The translations under genes were made by a program, and so were the position numbers. The notes under the pieces were generated by a model, which had not been told where the DNA came from, did not search any database, and saw only the letters and a list, made by a program, of their open reading frames with translations. Positions 19,138-31,910 of a stretch of DNA of 64,000 nt are shown here, one piece after another. The number at the start of each line of letters is the position of its first letter. The stretch's first letter is position 1. The DNA is from Alphaproteobacteria bacterium. GTDB taxonomy: Bacteria; Pseudomonadota; Alphaproteobacteria; JBFXJJ01. The DNA lies in the NCBI GenBank assembly GCA_050175015.1, contig JBFXJJ010000003.1, positions 32,001-96,000 on the forward strand, read 5' to 3'.

Positions 19138-20265
19138 GTGGTTGAAAATGCGGGATCTGTAGGAATTGTCGAAACCAATTACTATAAAATAGAAGAACCA
19201 ATCAGGCTGGAGTGCGGCAAAGAACTAGCCCCGATAACAGTTGCATACGAAACTTATGGCGAGTTGAATGAGGCAAGAGATAACGCCATCTTAGTTTTGC
19301 ACGCTCTAACTGGCGATGCTCACGCTGCGGGTTACTATAGTGATGATGAAAAAAAACTAGGCTGGTGGGACGTTATGATTGGCCCAGGAAAAGCCTTTGA
19401 TACCAATAAGTTTTTCATAATCAGCTCAAATATATTAGGCGGTTGTAAAGGAACGACGGGGCCAAGTTCGATAAATCCTAAAACCAATAAAGAATATGCG
19501 CTTGATTTCCCCATTATTACGATTGAAGACATTGTAAGAGTCCAAAAAAAACTGATAGATTTTCTTGGCATTACAAAACTGTATAGTGTTGCCGGCGGTT
19601 CTATGGGCGGTATGCAGGCTATGGAGTGGGCGATAAGTTATCCTGATATGGTTGGTTCTTTGATTTCTATCGCATCAACGACTAGACTTTCGGCGCAGAG
19701 TATTGCGTTTAATGCGGTTGGTAGAAACGCCATTATATCAGATCCAAATTGGCATAATGGTAAATATTACGGCAAAAATTCTCCGCAAAAAGGGCTTTCT
19801 ATAGCTCGTATGATTGGTCATATTACTTATCTTTGTGAAGAATCTATGCATTCAAAATTTGGCAGAAAATTGCAGGATAAAGAAAAGCCTGATTTTGATT
19901 TTAATATCGATTTTCAAGTAGAAAGCTATCTTGCGCATCAAGGTCAGACGTTCGTTGATAGGTTCGATGCTAACAGCTATTTATATATTACTAAAGCCGT
20001 AGATTACTTTGATGTTGCAGGGAAATATGGTTCTTTAGAAAAAGCTTTTGAGGCTTCTCGAGCTAAGTTTTTAATTATGTCATTTTCTTCAGATTGGCTG
20101 TTTCCAACATCTCAGTCGAAAGAGTTGGTTAATGCTTTGATTAAACTGGGAAAAGATGTTTCATTTTGTGAAATAGAATCTCCTTGTGGGCATGATGCTT
20201 TTTTGTTGGAGCATAAAACTCAAACTAAAATAATCAAAAGTTTCTTAGGAGACATTAATGAATAA
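19138..20265 (+). CDS. metX: Homoserine O-acetyltransferase
   Basis: HALTGD, GGSMGGMQA, RFDANSY, GHDAFL. Confidence 0.93.
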   Translation: MVENAGSVGIVETNYYKIEEPIRLECGKELAPITVAYETYGELNEARDNAILVLHALTGDAHAAGYYSDDEKKLGWWDVMIGPGKAFDTNKFFIISSNILGGCKGTTGPSSINPKTNKEYALDFPIITIEDIVRVQKKLIDFLGITKLYSVAGGSMGGMQAMEWAISYPDMVGSLISIASTTRLSAQSIAFNAVGRNAIISDPNWHNGKYYGKNSPQKGLSIARMIGHITYLCEESMHSKFGRKLQDKEKPDFDFNIDFQVESYLAHQGQTFVDRFDANSYLYITKAVDYFDVAGKYGSLEKAFEASRAKFLIMSFSSDWLFPTSQSKELVNALIKLGKDVSFCEIESPCGHDAFLLEHKTQTKIIKSFLGDINE

Positions 20266-20881
20266 TCATAGTTTAGAGGCAAAACTTTTTCATCTTAATT
20301 ATGCAATAATCACGGATTTTATAGAAGAACATTCCAAAGTATTGGATTTAGGGTGCGGCGATGGCAGCCTTATAAAAATGCTTATAGATGAAAAGCAAGC
20401 TAGAGCTAGAGGTGTTGATATTAGTCAGGAAAATGTCATCAAATGTATTGAAAAGGCGCTATCTGTTACCCAAGGCAATATAGATGATGGTTTGTTGGAA
20501 TTTGCCGATAAATCTTATGATTACGTTATCTTAAACCAAACGCTTCAATCGGTTCGAAAACCTGATTTTGTTATTGAGGAAATGCTGAGGGTTGGCAAAA
20601 AAGTTGTTGTTAGTTTTCCTAATTTTGGATATTGGAAAATTCGATTCTATTTATTTTTTAAAGGGAAAATGCCTAAATCTAAAATTTTGCCGTTTTCTTG
20701 GTATGATACGCCCAATATTCATCTTTTAACAATTAAAGATTTTTTTGATTTTATTAAGGGAAATAATATAAAAAATTTGAATTCAATATATATGACCAAA
20801 GGAAAAAAATATAAGAGTTTACTTGTAAAAAAGACAGCAAATTTTTTGGCAGAAGAAGTTATTTTTGTAATTTCGAAGTAA
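20258..20881 (+). CDS. metW: Methionine biosynthesis protein MetW
   Basis: LDLGCGDG, VSFPNFGYW, WYDTPNIHL; follows metX. Confidence 0.92.
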   Translation: MNNHSLEAKLFHLNYAIITDFIEEHSKVLDLGCGDGSLIKMLIDEKQARARGVDISQENVIKCIEKALSVTQGNIDDGLLEFADKSYDYVILNQTLQSVRKPDFVIEEMLRVGKKVVVSFPNFGYWKIRFYLFFKGKMPKSKILPFSWYDTPNIHLLTIKDFFDFIKGNNIKNLNSIYMTKGKKYKSLLVKKTANFLAEEVIFVISK

Positions 20882-21008
20882 GTTGTTTGCGTAGTTTTTT
20901 TGAATTTAATTTTTTCTTAGCTAAGTTGATGGGTTGACTTGTATTATTTTTTATGTTAGGCAAGAAATAATATGTTTAGTTAATTTTTTAATTTTAAGTT
21001 GAATTAAT

Positions 21009-21071
21009 ATGGTTTATTTACCAAGTTTTTCTAACCTACTACTTAGCGTTCTAGTGATTAGACTCACGTAG
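21009..21071 (+). CDS. ilv/leu leader peptide MVYLPSFSNLLLSVLVIRLT
   Basis: Leu/Val/Ile-rich 20-codon ORF with CTA CTA CTT codons directly upstream of an attenuator. Confidence 0.85.
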   Translation: MVYLPSFSNLLLSVLVIRLT

Positions 21072-21103
21072 TAGGGGTATGGCTTGGCTATAAAAAGCAA
21101 GAC

Positions 21104-21136
21104 AAAAAAGACCCCGTTTTTACGGGGTCTTTTTTT
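21104..21136 (+). terminator. Attenuator terminator of ilv-leu operon
   Basis: AAAAAAGACCCCGT-loop-ACGGGGTCTTTTTTT; alternative pairings CCTACTAC/GTAGTAGG and GGGGT/ACCCC. Confidence 0.88.
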
Positions 21137-21203
21137 ATCTACCATTTAAGGTAACACCAGTATGTAAGTTTTATATTAATTAAGAAAAAAGAAAGGTATA
21201 TAG

Positions 21204-22913
21204 ATGACAAAAATGACAGGGGCTCAAATTCTTATTCAATCTTTGATTGATTTAGGTGTTGATACTGTATTTGGCTATCCTGGAGGAAAGGTTATCCTTC
21301 TTTACGATGAACTTTATAAGCAGTCGAAAATTCGCCACGTCCTTATGCGCCATGAGCAGGCGGCGGTTCACGCTGCGGAAGGATATGCCCGTTCAACTGG
21401 TAAACCTGGTGTCGTTATTGTTACATCTGGTCCTGGTGCTACCAATGCCGTAACAGGGATAGGAGATGCTGCCTTAGATTCTATTCCTATCATATGTATC
21501 ACGGGGCAGGTTGAAACTAATCAGATAGGAAGCGATGCTTTTCAAGAAGGCGATACTTTAGGCATAACAAGGTCAATTACTAAGCAGAATTATCTTCTTA
21601 ATGATGTTAATAAAGTTCAATACACGGTGCAGGAGGCTTTTTATTTAGCAACAAGCGGCAGGCCAGGTCCGATTGTGATTGATTTTCCATCAGATATTCA
21701 AGCGGATAAAGGTCAATATCAAAAGAATGTTTTTTCTCCTCGTAAATCATACAATCCTCAAATGGAAGGTGATGAAGAGCAAATATCAAAAGCTATAGAG
21801 CTTATGAAAAACGCTGAACGTCCTATTTTTTATTGTGGCGGAGGCATTATCAGTTCTGGAGAGGGGGCTTCAGAAAAATTAATACAGTTAGTAAGAGCTA
21901 CAGGGTTTCCCATTACTTTAACATTAATGGGACTTGGAGCTTATCCTTGTTCTGAAGATGATTTATTTCTTGGAATGCTGGGAATGCACGGGACTTATGA
22001 AGCTAACCTTGCTATGCATAAATGTGATGTAATGATTTGCATCGGGGCAAGATTTGATGACCGTATCACAGGCAAGTTATCAGAGTTTTCTCCAGATTCA
22101 AAAAAGATTCACGTTGATATTGATCCATCATCAATTAATAAAATTATCCCTGTTGATGTTGATATTATAGGTGATGCTGAGAATGTACTTTCGAGTTTTC
22201 TCAGAGAATGGAATAAAATAGAAGAAGACGAAAAGCCAAATTTAACAGAGTGGTGGGAAAAGATTAATTCTTGGAGAGATAAGAAATGTCTTTCTTATAA
22301 GAAATCAGATAGCGAAATAAAACCACAAGAAGCAATAGAATGTCTTTACAATTTAACAAAAGATGATGATATTTACGTAGCTACAGATGTGGGACAACAT
22401 CAAATGTGGACAGCGCAGTACTATAAGTTTAATAAACCTCGTCAGTTTATGACATCTGGAGGCTTTGGAACAATGGGATACGGAGTTCCCGCTGCGATTG
22501 GTGTTCAGGTCGCACACCCAGACAAATCGGTTGTTTGTATTTCTGGAGACGGGTCTTTTATGATGAATATGCAAGAAATTGCTACCGCTGCTTATTATCA
22601 AATTCCAATAAAAGTTATGATTTTAAATAATGTTTATCTTGGTATGGTTAGACAGTGGCAAGAGCTGTTTTTTGAAAAGCGTTATTCTGAAACCCATTTT
22701 GAAAGACAGCCTGATTTTGTAAAATTGGCAGAAGCTTTAGGCGCAAAAGGAAAAAGAATAACAACGCCCGCAGAATTAAATGAAGGTATTTCCGAAATGC
22801 TTTCATCAAAAGAGCCGTTTATTTTGGAGGTTTGTGTTTCTAAAGAAGAAAATGTCTTTCCTATGATTCCAGTTGGAAAAGGGCATCACGAAGTTTTACT
22901 CAGAACGATTTGA
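21204..22913 (+). CDS. ilvB: Acetolactate synthase large subunit
   Basis: [37 protein letters not shown]. Confidence 0.95.
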   Translation: MTKMTGAQILIQSLIDLGVDTVFGYPGGKVILLYDELYKQSKIRHVLMRHEQAAVHAAEGYARSTGKPGVVIVTSGPGATNAVTGIGDAALDSIPIICITGQVETNQIGSDAFQEGDTLGITRSITKQNYLLNDVNKVQYTVQEAFYLATSGRPGPIVIDFPSDIQADKGQYQKNVFSPRKSYNPQMEGDEEQISKAIELMKNAERPIFYCGGGIISSGEGASEKLIQLVRATGFPITLTLMGLGAYPCSEDDLFLGMLGMHGTYEANLAMHKCDVMICIGARFDDRITGKLSEFSPDSKKIHVDIDPSSINKIIPVDVDIIGDAENVLSSFLREWNKIEEDEKPNLTEWWEKINSWRDKKCLSYKKSDSEIKPQEAIECLYNLTKDDDIYVATDVGQHQMWTAQYYKFNKPRQFMTSGGFGTMGYGVPAAIGVQVAHPDKSVVCISGDGSFMMNMQEIATAAYYQIPIKVMILNNVYLGMVRQWQELFFEKRYSETHFERQPDFVKLAEALGAKGKRITTPAELNEGISEMLSSKEPFILEVCVSKEENVFPMIPVGKGHHEVLLRTI

Positions 22914-22930
22914 TTTAAGGATAAAGAATA

Positions 22931-23500
22931 ATGAATGCGATGAAAGGACCTATTGAAAAGCGTACACTTTCTCTTCTTGTGGATAGTGAAGCGGGTGTTC
23001 TGGCAAGAGTTGTCGGTATGTTTTCTGCTCGAGGCTACAACATTGAAAGCTTGAATGTTACAGAAATAGATGCCAACGAGAAGCTTGCCAGAATTACGAT
23101 TGTAACCAAAGGCTCGCCAATGATACTTGAACAAATAAAAGCGCAGCTTTCCAGAATCATAACCGTTTACCTAGTAAAAGATTTGACGGTTGACTGCCAG
23201 TCAGTGGAGAGAGAATTAGCTTTTGTTAAAATAAGAGGCAGAGAAGCGACGAGAAATAAATCTTTGGAGGTTGCCGAAAATTTTCAGGCTCGCCCAATAG
23301 ATTTAAAGGAAAAGGCCATTATTTTTGAAATAGTTGGAACATCTGAAAAGATAGACCGCTTTATAGAGGAAATGACCCCGCTTGGAGTTATAGAAATAGG
23401 AAGAACTGGCCCTCTTGCTATGGAAGAGGGACCAAGAACATTAAGTTATGAAGAAGAAAGACATATTGTTTTAAACAATACTGATGAAGTAATTGATTAG
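22931..23500 (+). CDS. ilvH: Acetolactate synthase small subunit
   Basis: GVLARVVGMFSARGYNIESLNV ACT domain. Confidence 0.93.
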   Translation: MNAMKGPIEKRTLSLLVDSEAGVLARVVGMFSARGYNIESLNVTEIDANEKLARITIVTKGSPMILEQIKAQLSRIITVYLVKDLTVDCQSVERELAFVKIRGREATRNKSLEVAENFQARPIDLKEKAIIFEIVGTSEKIDRFIEEMTPLGVIEIGRTGPLAMEEGPRTLSYEEERHIVLNNTDEVID

Positions 23501-23505
23501 GCTAA

Positions 23506-24558
<1,053 letters not shown>

Positions 24559-24795
24559 GCTTTAAGGATAATATAAAAAAGCGATTGTTTTTTATACGAA
24601 CGAGTAGTTAAAAGCTAAGCACAGCTTTTTGTAAGTGGTTCATCAGGAAGAAGCTTATTTAAAAAAGTTTCTTTCTGGTGGCTCTTAAAACACTTGGTAT
24701 GAATAAAAAATGATTTAACAGTTACGAATTTAAGGTTTAAAACCACCTTTAAATTAGCCATAAAAAGTGGATTAGAACTAAAAGAGGAAGAAACA

Positions 24796-26325
24796 ATGGC
24801 AAATAATCGAATTATTATTTTTGATACAACTCTTCGTGATGGAGAGCAATCTCCTGGAGCAACAATGACACAAGAAGAAAAATGTCTTATTGCTGAATCA
24901 CTAGATAAGCTAGGAGTTGATGTTATCGAAGCAGGTTTTGCTATTGCCTCTAAAGGTGATTTCGAGTGTGTTCAAGCGGTTGCTAAAAAGGTAAAAAATG
25001 CGGCGGTTTGTAGTTTGGCTCGAGCCAAAGAAGCTGATATTGAGGCTGCGGCCAAAGCAATTGAATCTGCTAACAGAGGGCGTATCCATACGTTTATTTC
25101 TACAAGTCCAATACATATGAAACACAAGTTGAAAATGGACGCCTCATCAGTATTAGACGCCGTAAAACAAAGTGTTGCATATGCTCGTAATTATATTGAT
25201 GATGTTGAGTGGTCGGCAGAAGATGCAACTCGTACTGATATTGATTTCCTTTGCCGCTGCGTTGAAGCAGCTATTAATTCTGGCGCAACAACAATCAATA
25301 TTCCCGATACCGTTGGCTATACTACTCCTTTTGAACACCAAGCACTTTTTAAACAGTTAATAGAGCGTGTTCCAAATAGTGATAAAGCTATTTTTTCTGC
25401 TCACTGTCATAATGATTTAGGTATGGCAACCGCCAATTCTCTTGCCGCTATTAGCGCGGGTGTTCGGCAAGTTGAATGCACTATTAATGGTCTTGGTGAA
25501 AGAGCTGGAAATGCGGCTCTTGAAGAAATTGTTATGACAATTAAAACAAGGCACGATGTCTGTCCTTATGAAACAGGCATTGACACCTCTTATATTACAA
25601 GAGTTTCAAGATTAGTCTCAACGCTTTCAGGTTTTTCGGTTCAAAGAAATAAAGCAATAGTTGGCGCCAATGCTTTTGCTCATGAATCAGGGATTCATCA
25701 AGATGGAATGTTGAAGTCTAAAGAAACCTATGAAATTATGACCCCAGAATCTATAGGACTTAAGAAGTCTGAACTGGTTTTAGGGAAACACTCGGGAAGA
25801 GCGGCTCTCCGAGATAAACTTAAAAGTCTTGATATTGAATTATCAGAAGAACAATTTGAAATCGTATTTCAAGGAGTTAAGAACTTAGGCGATAATAAAA
25901 AACACATTATGGACGAAGATATTATCGCAATTATTGATGAAAGCTTTTTGCATGAAGATAATAACATAAGCTTTGTCTCTTATGAAGTTTCAGGCTGTTC
26001 TAACCAAGATAAGACGGCAACCGTAACAATTCGTCAAAACGGCAAAGATAAAAAAGTAACATCAAACTCTGTCGGTTTTATGGACTCTGTATTTGGTGCA
26101 ATCAATACGTTAACTAAGAAGAATCCTATACTTGAACAATATGATGTGCATGCAGTTACATCTGGAATAGATTCTCAAGCAGAAGTCAGCATTATGCTTT
26201 CTTATGATAATTTAACGTTTACGGGGTCTGGCAGAGACCTAGATACCATAACAGCATCTGCAAAAGCTTATATAAGTGCTGTTAACAAGATTATGAAATA
26301 TGAACAAAAGCAAAAAAGGAAATAG
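24796..26325 (+). CDS. leuA: 2-isopropylmalate synthase
   Basis: [34 protein letters not shown]. Confidence 0.95.
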   Translation: MANNRIIIFDTTLRDGEQSPGATMTQEEKCLIAESLDKLGVDVIEAGFAIASKGDFECVQAVAKKVKNAAVCSLARAKEADIEAAAKAIESANRGRIHTFISTSPIHMKHKLKMDASSVLDAVKQSVAYARNYIDDVEWSAEDATRTDIDFLCRCVEAAINSGATTINIPDTVGYTTPFEHQALFKQLIERVPNSDKAIFSAHCHNDLGMATANSLAAISAGVRQVECTINGLGERAGNAALEEIVMTIKTRHDVCPYETGIDTSYITRVSRLVSTLSGFSVQRNKAIVGANAFAHESGIHQDGMLKSKETYEIMTPESIGLKKSELVLGKHSGRAALRDKLKSLDIELSEEQFEIVFQGVKNLGDNKKHIMDEDIIAIIDESFLHEDNNISFVSYEVSGCSNQDKTATVTIRQNGKDKKVTSNSVGFMDSVFGAINTLTKKNPILEQYDVHAVTSGIDSQAEVSIMLSYDNLTFTGSGRDLDTITASAKAYISAVNKIMKYEQKQKRK

Positions 26326-26330
26326 AGGAA

Positions 26331-27218
26331 ATGGGTACACACAATCAAAAGCCTATTGACCAAATGGACGGCTATATATGGGTAGATGGAAAATTTGTTC
26401 CGTGGAAAGAAGCAAATATTCATTTTTTAACACACGGTTTGCATTACGGCAGTTGTGTTTTTGAAGGAATAAGAGCATATAACGGCAAAGGTTTTAAGCT
26501 TACCGAGCATAACAAACGTTTGTTAAAATCAGCTAAAATAATGGATATAAGAGCAGATTATTCTGTTGAAGAATTGGATAAAATTGTAGTAGATGTTTTA
26601 TCCAAAAATAACCTCAAAGATGCTTATATTCGTCCCGCTTTCTGGCTTGGTTCTGAAACTATGGGAATTTTTTCTCGTAACAGCAAAGTTCATCTCGCGG
26701 TAGCTGCTTGGGAATGGCCTTCTTATTTTGGAGATGAAGCATTAAATAAAGGTATTAGTCTTTGCTGGTCAGATTGGCTCCGTCCGCACCCTAAAACCGA
26801 ACCTACTGAGGCTAAAGCTTCAGGGCTTTATATGACTAGCATTATAAGCAAAAATAAAGCTGTAGATAAAGGTTTTGACGATGCCTTAATGAAAGATTAC
26901 CGAGGCTATATTGCAGAATCTACAGGTTCAAACGTATTCTTTATTATTGATGGTGAAGTCTATACTCCAGAAGCAGATTGTTTCTTGAATGGTATTACCC
27001 GTCAAACCGTTTTAGAGGTTGCTGAAAAGAACGGCTACAAAGTTCACGTTGCTCATTTAGATCCAGAAGATACACTGGCAAGAGCGCAGGAAGTTTTTGT
27101 AACAGGGACGGCAGCTGAAATTACGCCCGTCGGCAAAATCGAAGATAAAGTATATACGGTTGGTTCTGTTACAAGAGACTTGAGAGAAAAATATCTTAAG
27201 TTAGTCAAAGGAGAGTAA
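26331..27218 (+). CDS. ilvE: Branched-chain amino acid aminotransferase
   Basis: [33 protein letters not shown]. Confidence 0.95.
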   Translation: MGTHNQKPIDQMDGYIWVDGKFVPWKEANIHFLTHGLHYGSCVFEGIRAYNGKGFKLTEHNKRLLKSAKIMDIRADYSVEELDKIVVDVLSKNNLKDAYIRPAFWLGSETMGIFSRNSKVHLAVAAWEWPSYFGDEALNKGISLCWSDWLRPHPKTEPTEAKASGLYMTSIISKNKAVDKGFDDALMKDYRGYIAESTGSNVFFIIDGEVYTPEADCFLNGITRQTVLEVAEKNGYKVHVAHLDPEDTLARAQEVFVTGTAAEITPVGKIEDKVYTVGSVTRDLREKYLKLVKGE

Positions 27219-27222
27219 AATA

Positions 27223-28611
27223 ATGTCTCAAGCTACAACTCTTTACGATAAAATTTGGAATAGTCATATTGTTGAAGAGCAAGATGATGGAACTTGTTTG
27301 ATTTATATCGATCGTCAATTACTTCACGAAGTTACAAGTCCACAAGCTTTTGATGGGCTTCGTCAAGCAAAGAGAATTATTCGGCACAAAGAAAAAAATC
27401 TTGCGGTTGCTGATCATAATACTCCAACTAAAAATATTGATGGTATAATAGAAAACGATGCTTCCCGCATTTCCCTAGAAACGCTAGCCAAAAACACTAA
27501 AGAGTTTGAGCTTGAGTATTATCCTTTGGGGACGTCTTATAATGGTGTCTGTCACGTTATTGCTCCAGAGCTAGGTTTCACTCTTCCTGGGGTTACGTTT
27601 GTTTGTGGCGATTCCCACACGGCTACCCACGGAGCGTTTGGAGCAGTAGCGTTTGGCATTGGAACATCTGAGATAGAACACGTTTTTGCAACGCAGACGT
27701 TACGTCAAAGAAAAGCTAAAAATATGAGAATCACGATTAATGGCACTTGTAATCCTTGCGTTACGCCTAAAGATATAATTCTTCATATTATTGGCAAGAT
27801 AGGAACCGCAGGTGGAACCGGATATGCTATTGAGTATACGGGCGATGTTTTTAAAAATATGTCTATGGAAGGCAGAATGACGGTTTGCAATATGACCATA
27901 GAGGCTGGTGCCAGAGTTGGTATTGTTGCTCCCGATGACAAAACATTTGCTTATATAAAAGATAATCCTAAAGCTCCTAAAGGGGAACTTTGGGATAAGG
28001 CCGTGTCTTATTGGAAAACACTAAAAAGTGATGACGATGCGGTTTTTGATGAAGAACTTTTGATTGATGCCAAAGAAATTGTTCCTAATGTTACTTGGGG
28101 AACTTCGCCAGAAGACACAGTAGCTGTTACAGGTGTTGTTCCTGAGCCTAAAAACGAGACCAAAAAAAGGGCATTGGATTATATGGATCTTAAACCAGGT
28201 ACTCCTATGACCAGCATTAAAATTGATCGGGTTTTTATTGGAGCTTGTACCAATGGCCGCTTAGAAGATATTGCCGCCGCAGCTCAAATTCTAAAGGGGA
28301 AAAAGGTTGCGCCTCATGTTAAGGCTATTGTTGTTCCTGGCTCTGCTTTGGTGAAAAAAATATCTGAAGAAAAAGGATATGACATTATTTTCAAAGATGC
28401 AGGTTTTGAATGGCGCCACCCAGGTTGTTCGATGTGTCTTGCGATGAATGAAGATAAGGCTGCCGCAGGTGAGCGGGTAGCATCAACCTCTAACCGCAAC
28501 TTTGAAGGACGACAGGGACGAGGAAGCCGAACTCATTTAATGAGCCCAATAATGGCAGCAGCGGCTGCAATTAAGGGGTATATTACCGATGTTCGAGAAA
28601 TCGTAGATTAA
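27223..28611 (+). CDS. leuC: 3-isopropylmalate dehydratase large subunit
   Basis: [36 protein letters not shown]. Confidence 0.96.
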   Translation: MSQATTLYDKIWNSHIVEEQDDGTCLIYIDRQLLHEVTSPQAFDGLRQAKRIIRHKEKNLAVADHNTPTKNIDGIIENDASRISLETLAKNTKEFELEYYPLGTSYNGVCHVIAPELGFTLPGVTFVCGDSHTATHGAFGAVAFGIGTSEIEHVFATQTLRQRKAKNMRITINGTCNPCVTPKDIILHIIGKIGTAGGTGYAIEYTGDVFKNMSMEGRMTVCNMTIEAGARVGIVAPDDKTFAYIKDNPKAPKGELWDKAVSYWKTLKSDDDAVFDEELLIDAKEIVPNVTWGTSPEDTVAVTGVVPEPKNETKKRALDYMDLKPGTPMTSIKIDRVFIGACTNGRLEDIAAAAQILKGKKVAPHVKAIVVPGSALVKKISEEKGYDIIFKDAGFEWRHPGCSMCLAMNEDKAAAGERVASTSNRNFEGRQGRGSRTHLMSPIMAAAAAIKGYITDVREIVD

Positions 28612-28644
28612 GATTTAGTAATAAATGTACATAAGGAAATAAAT

Positions 28645-29241
28645 ATGCAGGCTTTCCAATCACTCACGGGCATTATGGCTCCGCTTCTAATTGATAATAT
28701 CGATACGGATATGATTATTCCTAAGCAGTTTTTAAAAACAATTACAAGAACAGGTCTTGGCAAAAATCTATTTGATGAAATGCGTTATGATGAAAACGGC
28801 AATAAAAAAACCGACTTTATTTTAAATCAAGAACCATATAATCAAGCTTCAATTCTTTTATCTAGCCATAACTTTGGCTGTGGCTCTTCCAGAGAACACG
28901 CTCCTTGGGCATTATTAGATTTTGGAATCAGATGCGTGATAGCGGTTTCTTTTGCCGATATTTTTTATAATAACACTTTTAAAAATGGCATTCTTCCTAT
29001 TCAGTTGCCACTCGAGGTTATTAAAGAATTAGAAGCGGTTGCCAAACGAAAAGAGAAGATTACCGTGGACCTTCAAAATCAACTGATTAAAACCGCTGAA
29101 AAAGATATTCCGTTTAAAATAGATTCTTTTAAAAAAGAATGCCTTTTAAAAGGGCTGGACGATATAGATTATACTCTTCAAAGAGAAGAACTTATCAAAA
29201 ATTTTGAGCAGAAACAAAAAAAGGAGTGCCCATGGCTGTAG
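28645..29241 (+). CDS. leuD: 3-isopropylmalate dehydratase small subunit
   Basis: NIDTDMIIPKQFL, NFGCGSSREHAPW. Confidence 0.96.
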   Translation: MQAFQSLTGIMAPLLIDNIDTDMIIPKQFLKTITRTGLGKNLFDEMRYDENGNKKTDFILNQEPYNQASILLSSHNFGCGSSREHAPWALLDFGIRCVIAVSFADIFYNNTFKNGILPIQLPLEVIKELEAVAKRKEKITVDLQNQLIKTAEKDIPFKIDSFKKECLLKGLDDIDYTLQREELIKNFEQKQKKECPWL

Positions 29242-30767
29242 CTCCTAAAAATATTGAGATTATGGATACAACACTTCGAGATGGCGAACAAACCGATGGT
29301 GTTTCTTTTACTTCTCAAGAAAAAGTGATGATAGCAAAAAGCCTTCTTGCTGACGTTGGAGTTAATCGTATTGAAGTCGCAAGTGCTAGGGTCAGCAAAG
29401 AAGAAAAGAAAACGCTCTCAGCCATTATGGCTTGGGCTAAAGAGAATAATTTTTCTAATCAAATTGAAGTCCTTTCTTTTGTTGATGAAAAAAAATCGAT
29501 TGACTGGCTAGATGGTACTGGCTGTTACAATATTAATCTTTTAACCAAAGGCTCTGAAAACCATTGCGTTAAACAACTTGGGAAAACGCTTAAAGACCAT
29601 TTAAAAGATATCGAAAAAACAATAGACTATGCTAAAAGCCGAGGGTTTAGCTGTTCGGTTTATTTAGAAGATTGGTCAAATGGCATTATCCATTCCCCTA
29701 AGTATGTATGGGATATGCTAAAGGCTTATCAAGATTTTGCTTTCAAGCGGGTTTATTTGCCAGATACTCTCGGAATTTTGTCTCCTGATAAGGTTTATCA
29801 ATATATTTCTGAGACCGTTCAAAAATTTCCTGATGTTCATTTTGAATTTCATGGTCATAATGACTATGGTCTTGCGGTTGCCAATACCTTAGCCGCCGTA
29901 AACGCTGGAGCAAAAGGTATTCACGTAACCGTTAATTCCTTAGGCGAACGGGCAGGCAATACTGATTTGGCAGCAACTGTTGCATCACTCAAAGATCACG
30001 CTAATGCTGATGTCTCTGTAAAAGAAGGCAAGCTAAAAGAAATAAGCACTCTTGTTGAAACGTTTAGCGGCAAAAGAATTTCTTCAAACTCTCCCATTAC
30101 TGGTCAGAATGTCTTTACGCAGACAGCTGGAATTCACGCTGACGGAGATAAAAAAGGCGACTTATATAAAAGTCTTTTATCTCCGAAAAGGTTTCAACGA
30201 GATCAAATTTATGCTTTAGGCAAGCTTTCGGGAAAAAGCAATATAGATATGAATTTGGAAAAACTCGGCTTTAAGTTGTCCGAACAGCAGAAAAAAGATC
30301 TTTTAGAAAAAATAGTTGAGTTGGGAGATAATAAGAAAAAAATAACAACTGAGGATTTGCCGTTTCTTATTACGGATCTTTTCGAAGAATATGAAGAAAA
30401 AATATTTTCGATTGAAGAGTGTGTTATCACAACAAGTATTTCGATGAAGCCTGTTGCCAATATTCGTGTTCGCTATAAAGGAAAAGAATATGAAGAAATT
30501 GCGAACGGAAACGGTGGTTATGATGCTTTTATGGAAGCGTTAAGAAAGATTTTCAAAAAGGAAGGACTAACCCTTCCCTTATTGAAAGACTTTGAAGTTC
30601 ATATTCCTCCTGGTGGTAAGACCGATGCGTTGGTTGAAACGATTATTATATGGGACGAAAATATTAGAACGCACGCTGTTGCAAGCGACCAAGTTTTGTC
30701 GGCACTGAAAGCAACAGAGCGAATGATAAATTTAAGAGAACATAAAAAACAAAAGGAAGTAAAATAA
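29232..30767 (+). CDS. cimA: Citramalate synthase (second DRE-TIM paralog, Leptospira/Bacteroides-type)
   Basis: [40 protein letters not shown]; ATG 29232 has AAGGAG RBS. Confidence 0.8.
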   Translation: MAVAPKNIEIMDTTLRDGEQTDGVSFTSQEKVMIAKSLLADVGVNRIEVASARVSKEEKKTLSAIMAWAKENNFSNQIEVLSFVDEKKSIDWLDGTGCYNINLLTKGSENHCVKQLGKTLKDHLKDIEKTIDYAKSRGFSCSVYLEDWSNGIIHSPKYVWDMLKAYQDFAFKRVYLPDTLGILSPDKVYQYISETVQKFPDVHFEFHGHNDYGLAVANTLAAVNAGAKGIHVTVNSLGERAGNTDLAATVASLKDHANADVSVKEGKLKEISTLVETFSGKRISSNSPITGQNVFTQTAGIHADGDKKGDLYKSLLSPKRFQRDQIYALGKLSGKSNIDMNLEKLGFKLSEQQKKDLLEKIVELGDNKKKITTEDLPFLITDLFEEYEEKIFSIEECVITTSISMKPVANIRVRYKGKEYEEIANGNGGYDAFMEALRKIFKKEGLTLPLLKDFEVHIPPGGKTDALVETIIIWDENIRTHAVASDQVLSALKATERMINLREHKKQKEVK

Positions 30768-31867
30768 TGATGACAAAAGAAATACTTCTCCTTGCAGGAG
30801 ATGGTATCGGACCAGAAATTATGCAGGAAGCAAAAAAGGTTCTTTCCTTTTTTTCTAAGGAAGGGGTTGTTGACTTTAAGCTTTCAGAGGGATTTTTAGG
30901 CGGTGCCGGTTATGATGAAACAGGAGATCCACTGCCTTCAGAAACCGTAAAAAAAGCTAAAGAAGCCGATGCGGTTTTATTAGCTGCTATTGGTGGTCCT
31001 AAGTGGGATAAAGTTCCTTTTGAAAAACGTCCCGAGGCTGGACTTCTTGGTATTAGAAAAGAAATGGGCTTGTTTGCAAATTTGCGTCCAGCCATTGTTT
31101 TTGAAGAACTAGCCGAAGCATCAACCTTAAAAAAAGAAATTGTCTCAGGTCTAGACATTCTCATTTTAAGAGAATTGATTGGTGGAATATATTTTGGGAA
31201 GCCTGCGGGCATAGAAGAAGAAAATGGGGTTAGAAAAGGTTTTAATACTTTAGTATACAGCGAACCTGAAATTAAAAGAATTGCAAAGCTTGCTTTTGAG
31301 CTGTCTTTAAAAAGAAACAAGAAACTTTGTTCGGTTGATAAAGCCAATGTTTTACAGGTTATGGTTCTTTGGAGAGAAGTAGTTGAATCCCTTGCCAAAG
31401 ATTATCCTGAAGTTTCGCTTTCTCATATGTATGTTGATAATGCGGCAATGCAGCTTGTAAGAAATCCTAAGCAATTTGACGTTATCGTAACAGGAAATAT
31501 GTTTGGCGATATTTTATCAGATTGTGCTTCGATGTTAACAGGCTCGCTTGGAATGCTGCCATCAGCATCTTTAGGAGAAGTTGATGCTGCGGGAAGACGG
31601 CTTGCTCTTTATGAACCAGTACATGGCTCTGCTCCAGATATTGCAGGCAAGGGCATTGCTAATCCTTTGGCTCAGATTCTTTCGGTTGCGATGATGTTTA
31701 AATATTCTTTAGATATGTCTAAAGAGGCCGAACAGCTTGAAAATGCTGTTAAAGCGGTTTTAAAACAAGGACTTCGCACTAAAGATATTATGCAGAAAGA
31801 CTGCAAGGAAGTTGGAACCGTAGAAATGGGCGATGCCATTATAAAAGAGCTTGAAAAGGCTGAGTAA
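30767..31867 (+). CDS. leuB: 3-isopropylmalate dehydrogenase
   Basis: [35 protein letters not shown]. Confidence 0.96.
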   Translation: MMTKEILLLAGDGIGPEIMQEAKKVLSFFSKEGVVDFKLSEGFLGGAGYDETGDPLPSETVKKAKEADAVLLAAIGGPKWDKVPFEKRPEAGLLGIRKEMGLFANLRPAIVFEELAEASTLKKEIVSGLDILILRELIGGIYFGKPAGIEEENGVRKGFNTLVYSEPEIKRIAKLAFELSLKRNKKLCSVDKANVLQVMVLWREVVESLAKDYPEVSLSHMYVDNAAMQLVRNPKQFDVIVTGNMFGDILSDCASMLTGSLGMLPSASLGEVDAAGRRLALYEPVHGSAPDIAGKGIANPLAQILSVAMMFKYSLDMSKEAEQLENAVKAVLKQGLRTKDIMQKDCKEVGTVEMGDAIIKELEKAE

Positions 31868-31910
31868 AATAAGTCTGATGAAGTTTAAGTATTAAGAGAG
31901 AGCTAAGGAA

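Noticed and set aside
30910-31398. 162-aa minus-strand ORF and similar short antisense ORFs in the track
   Set aside because: Fully inside well-supported genes (here leuB), with no motifs or RBS
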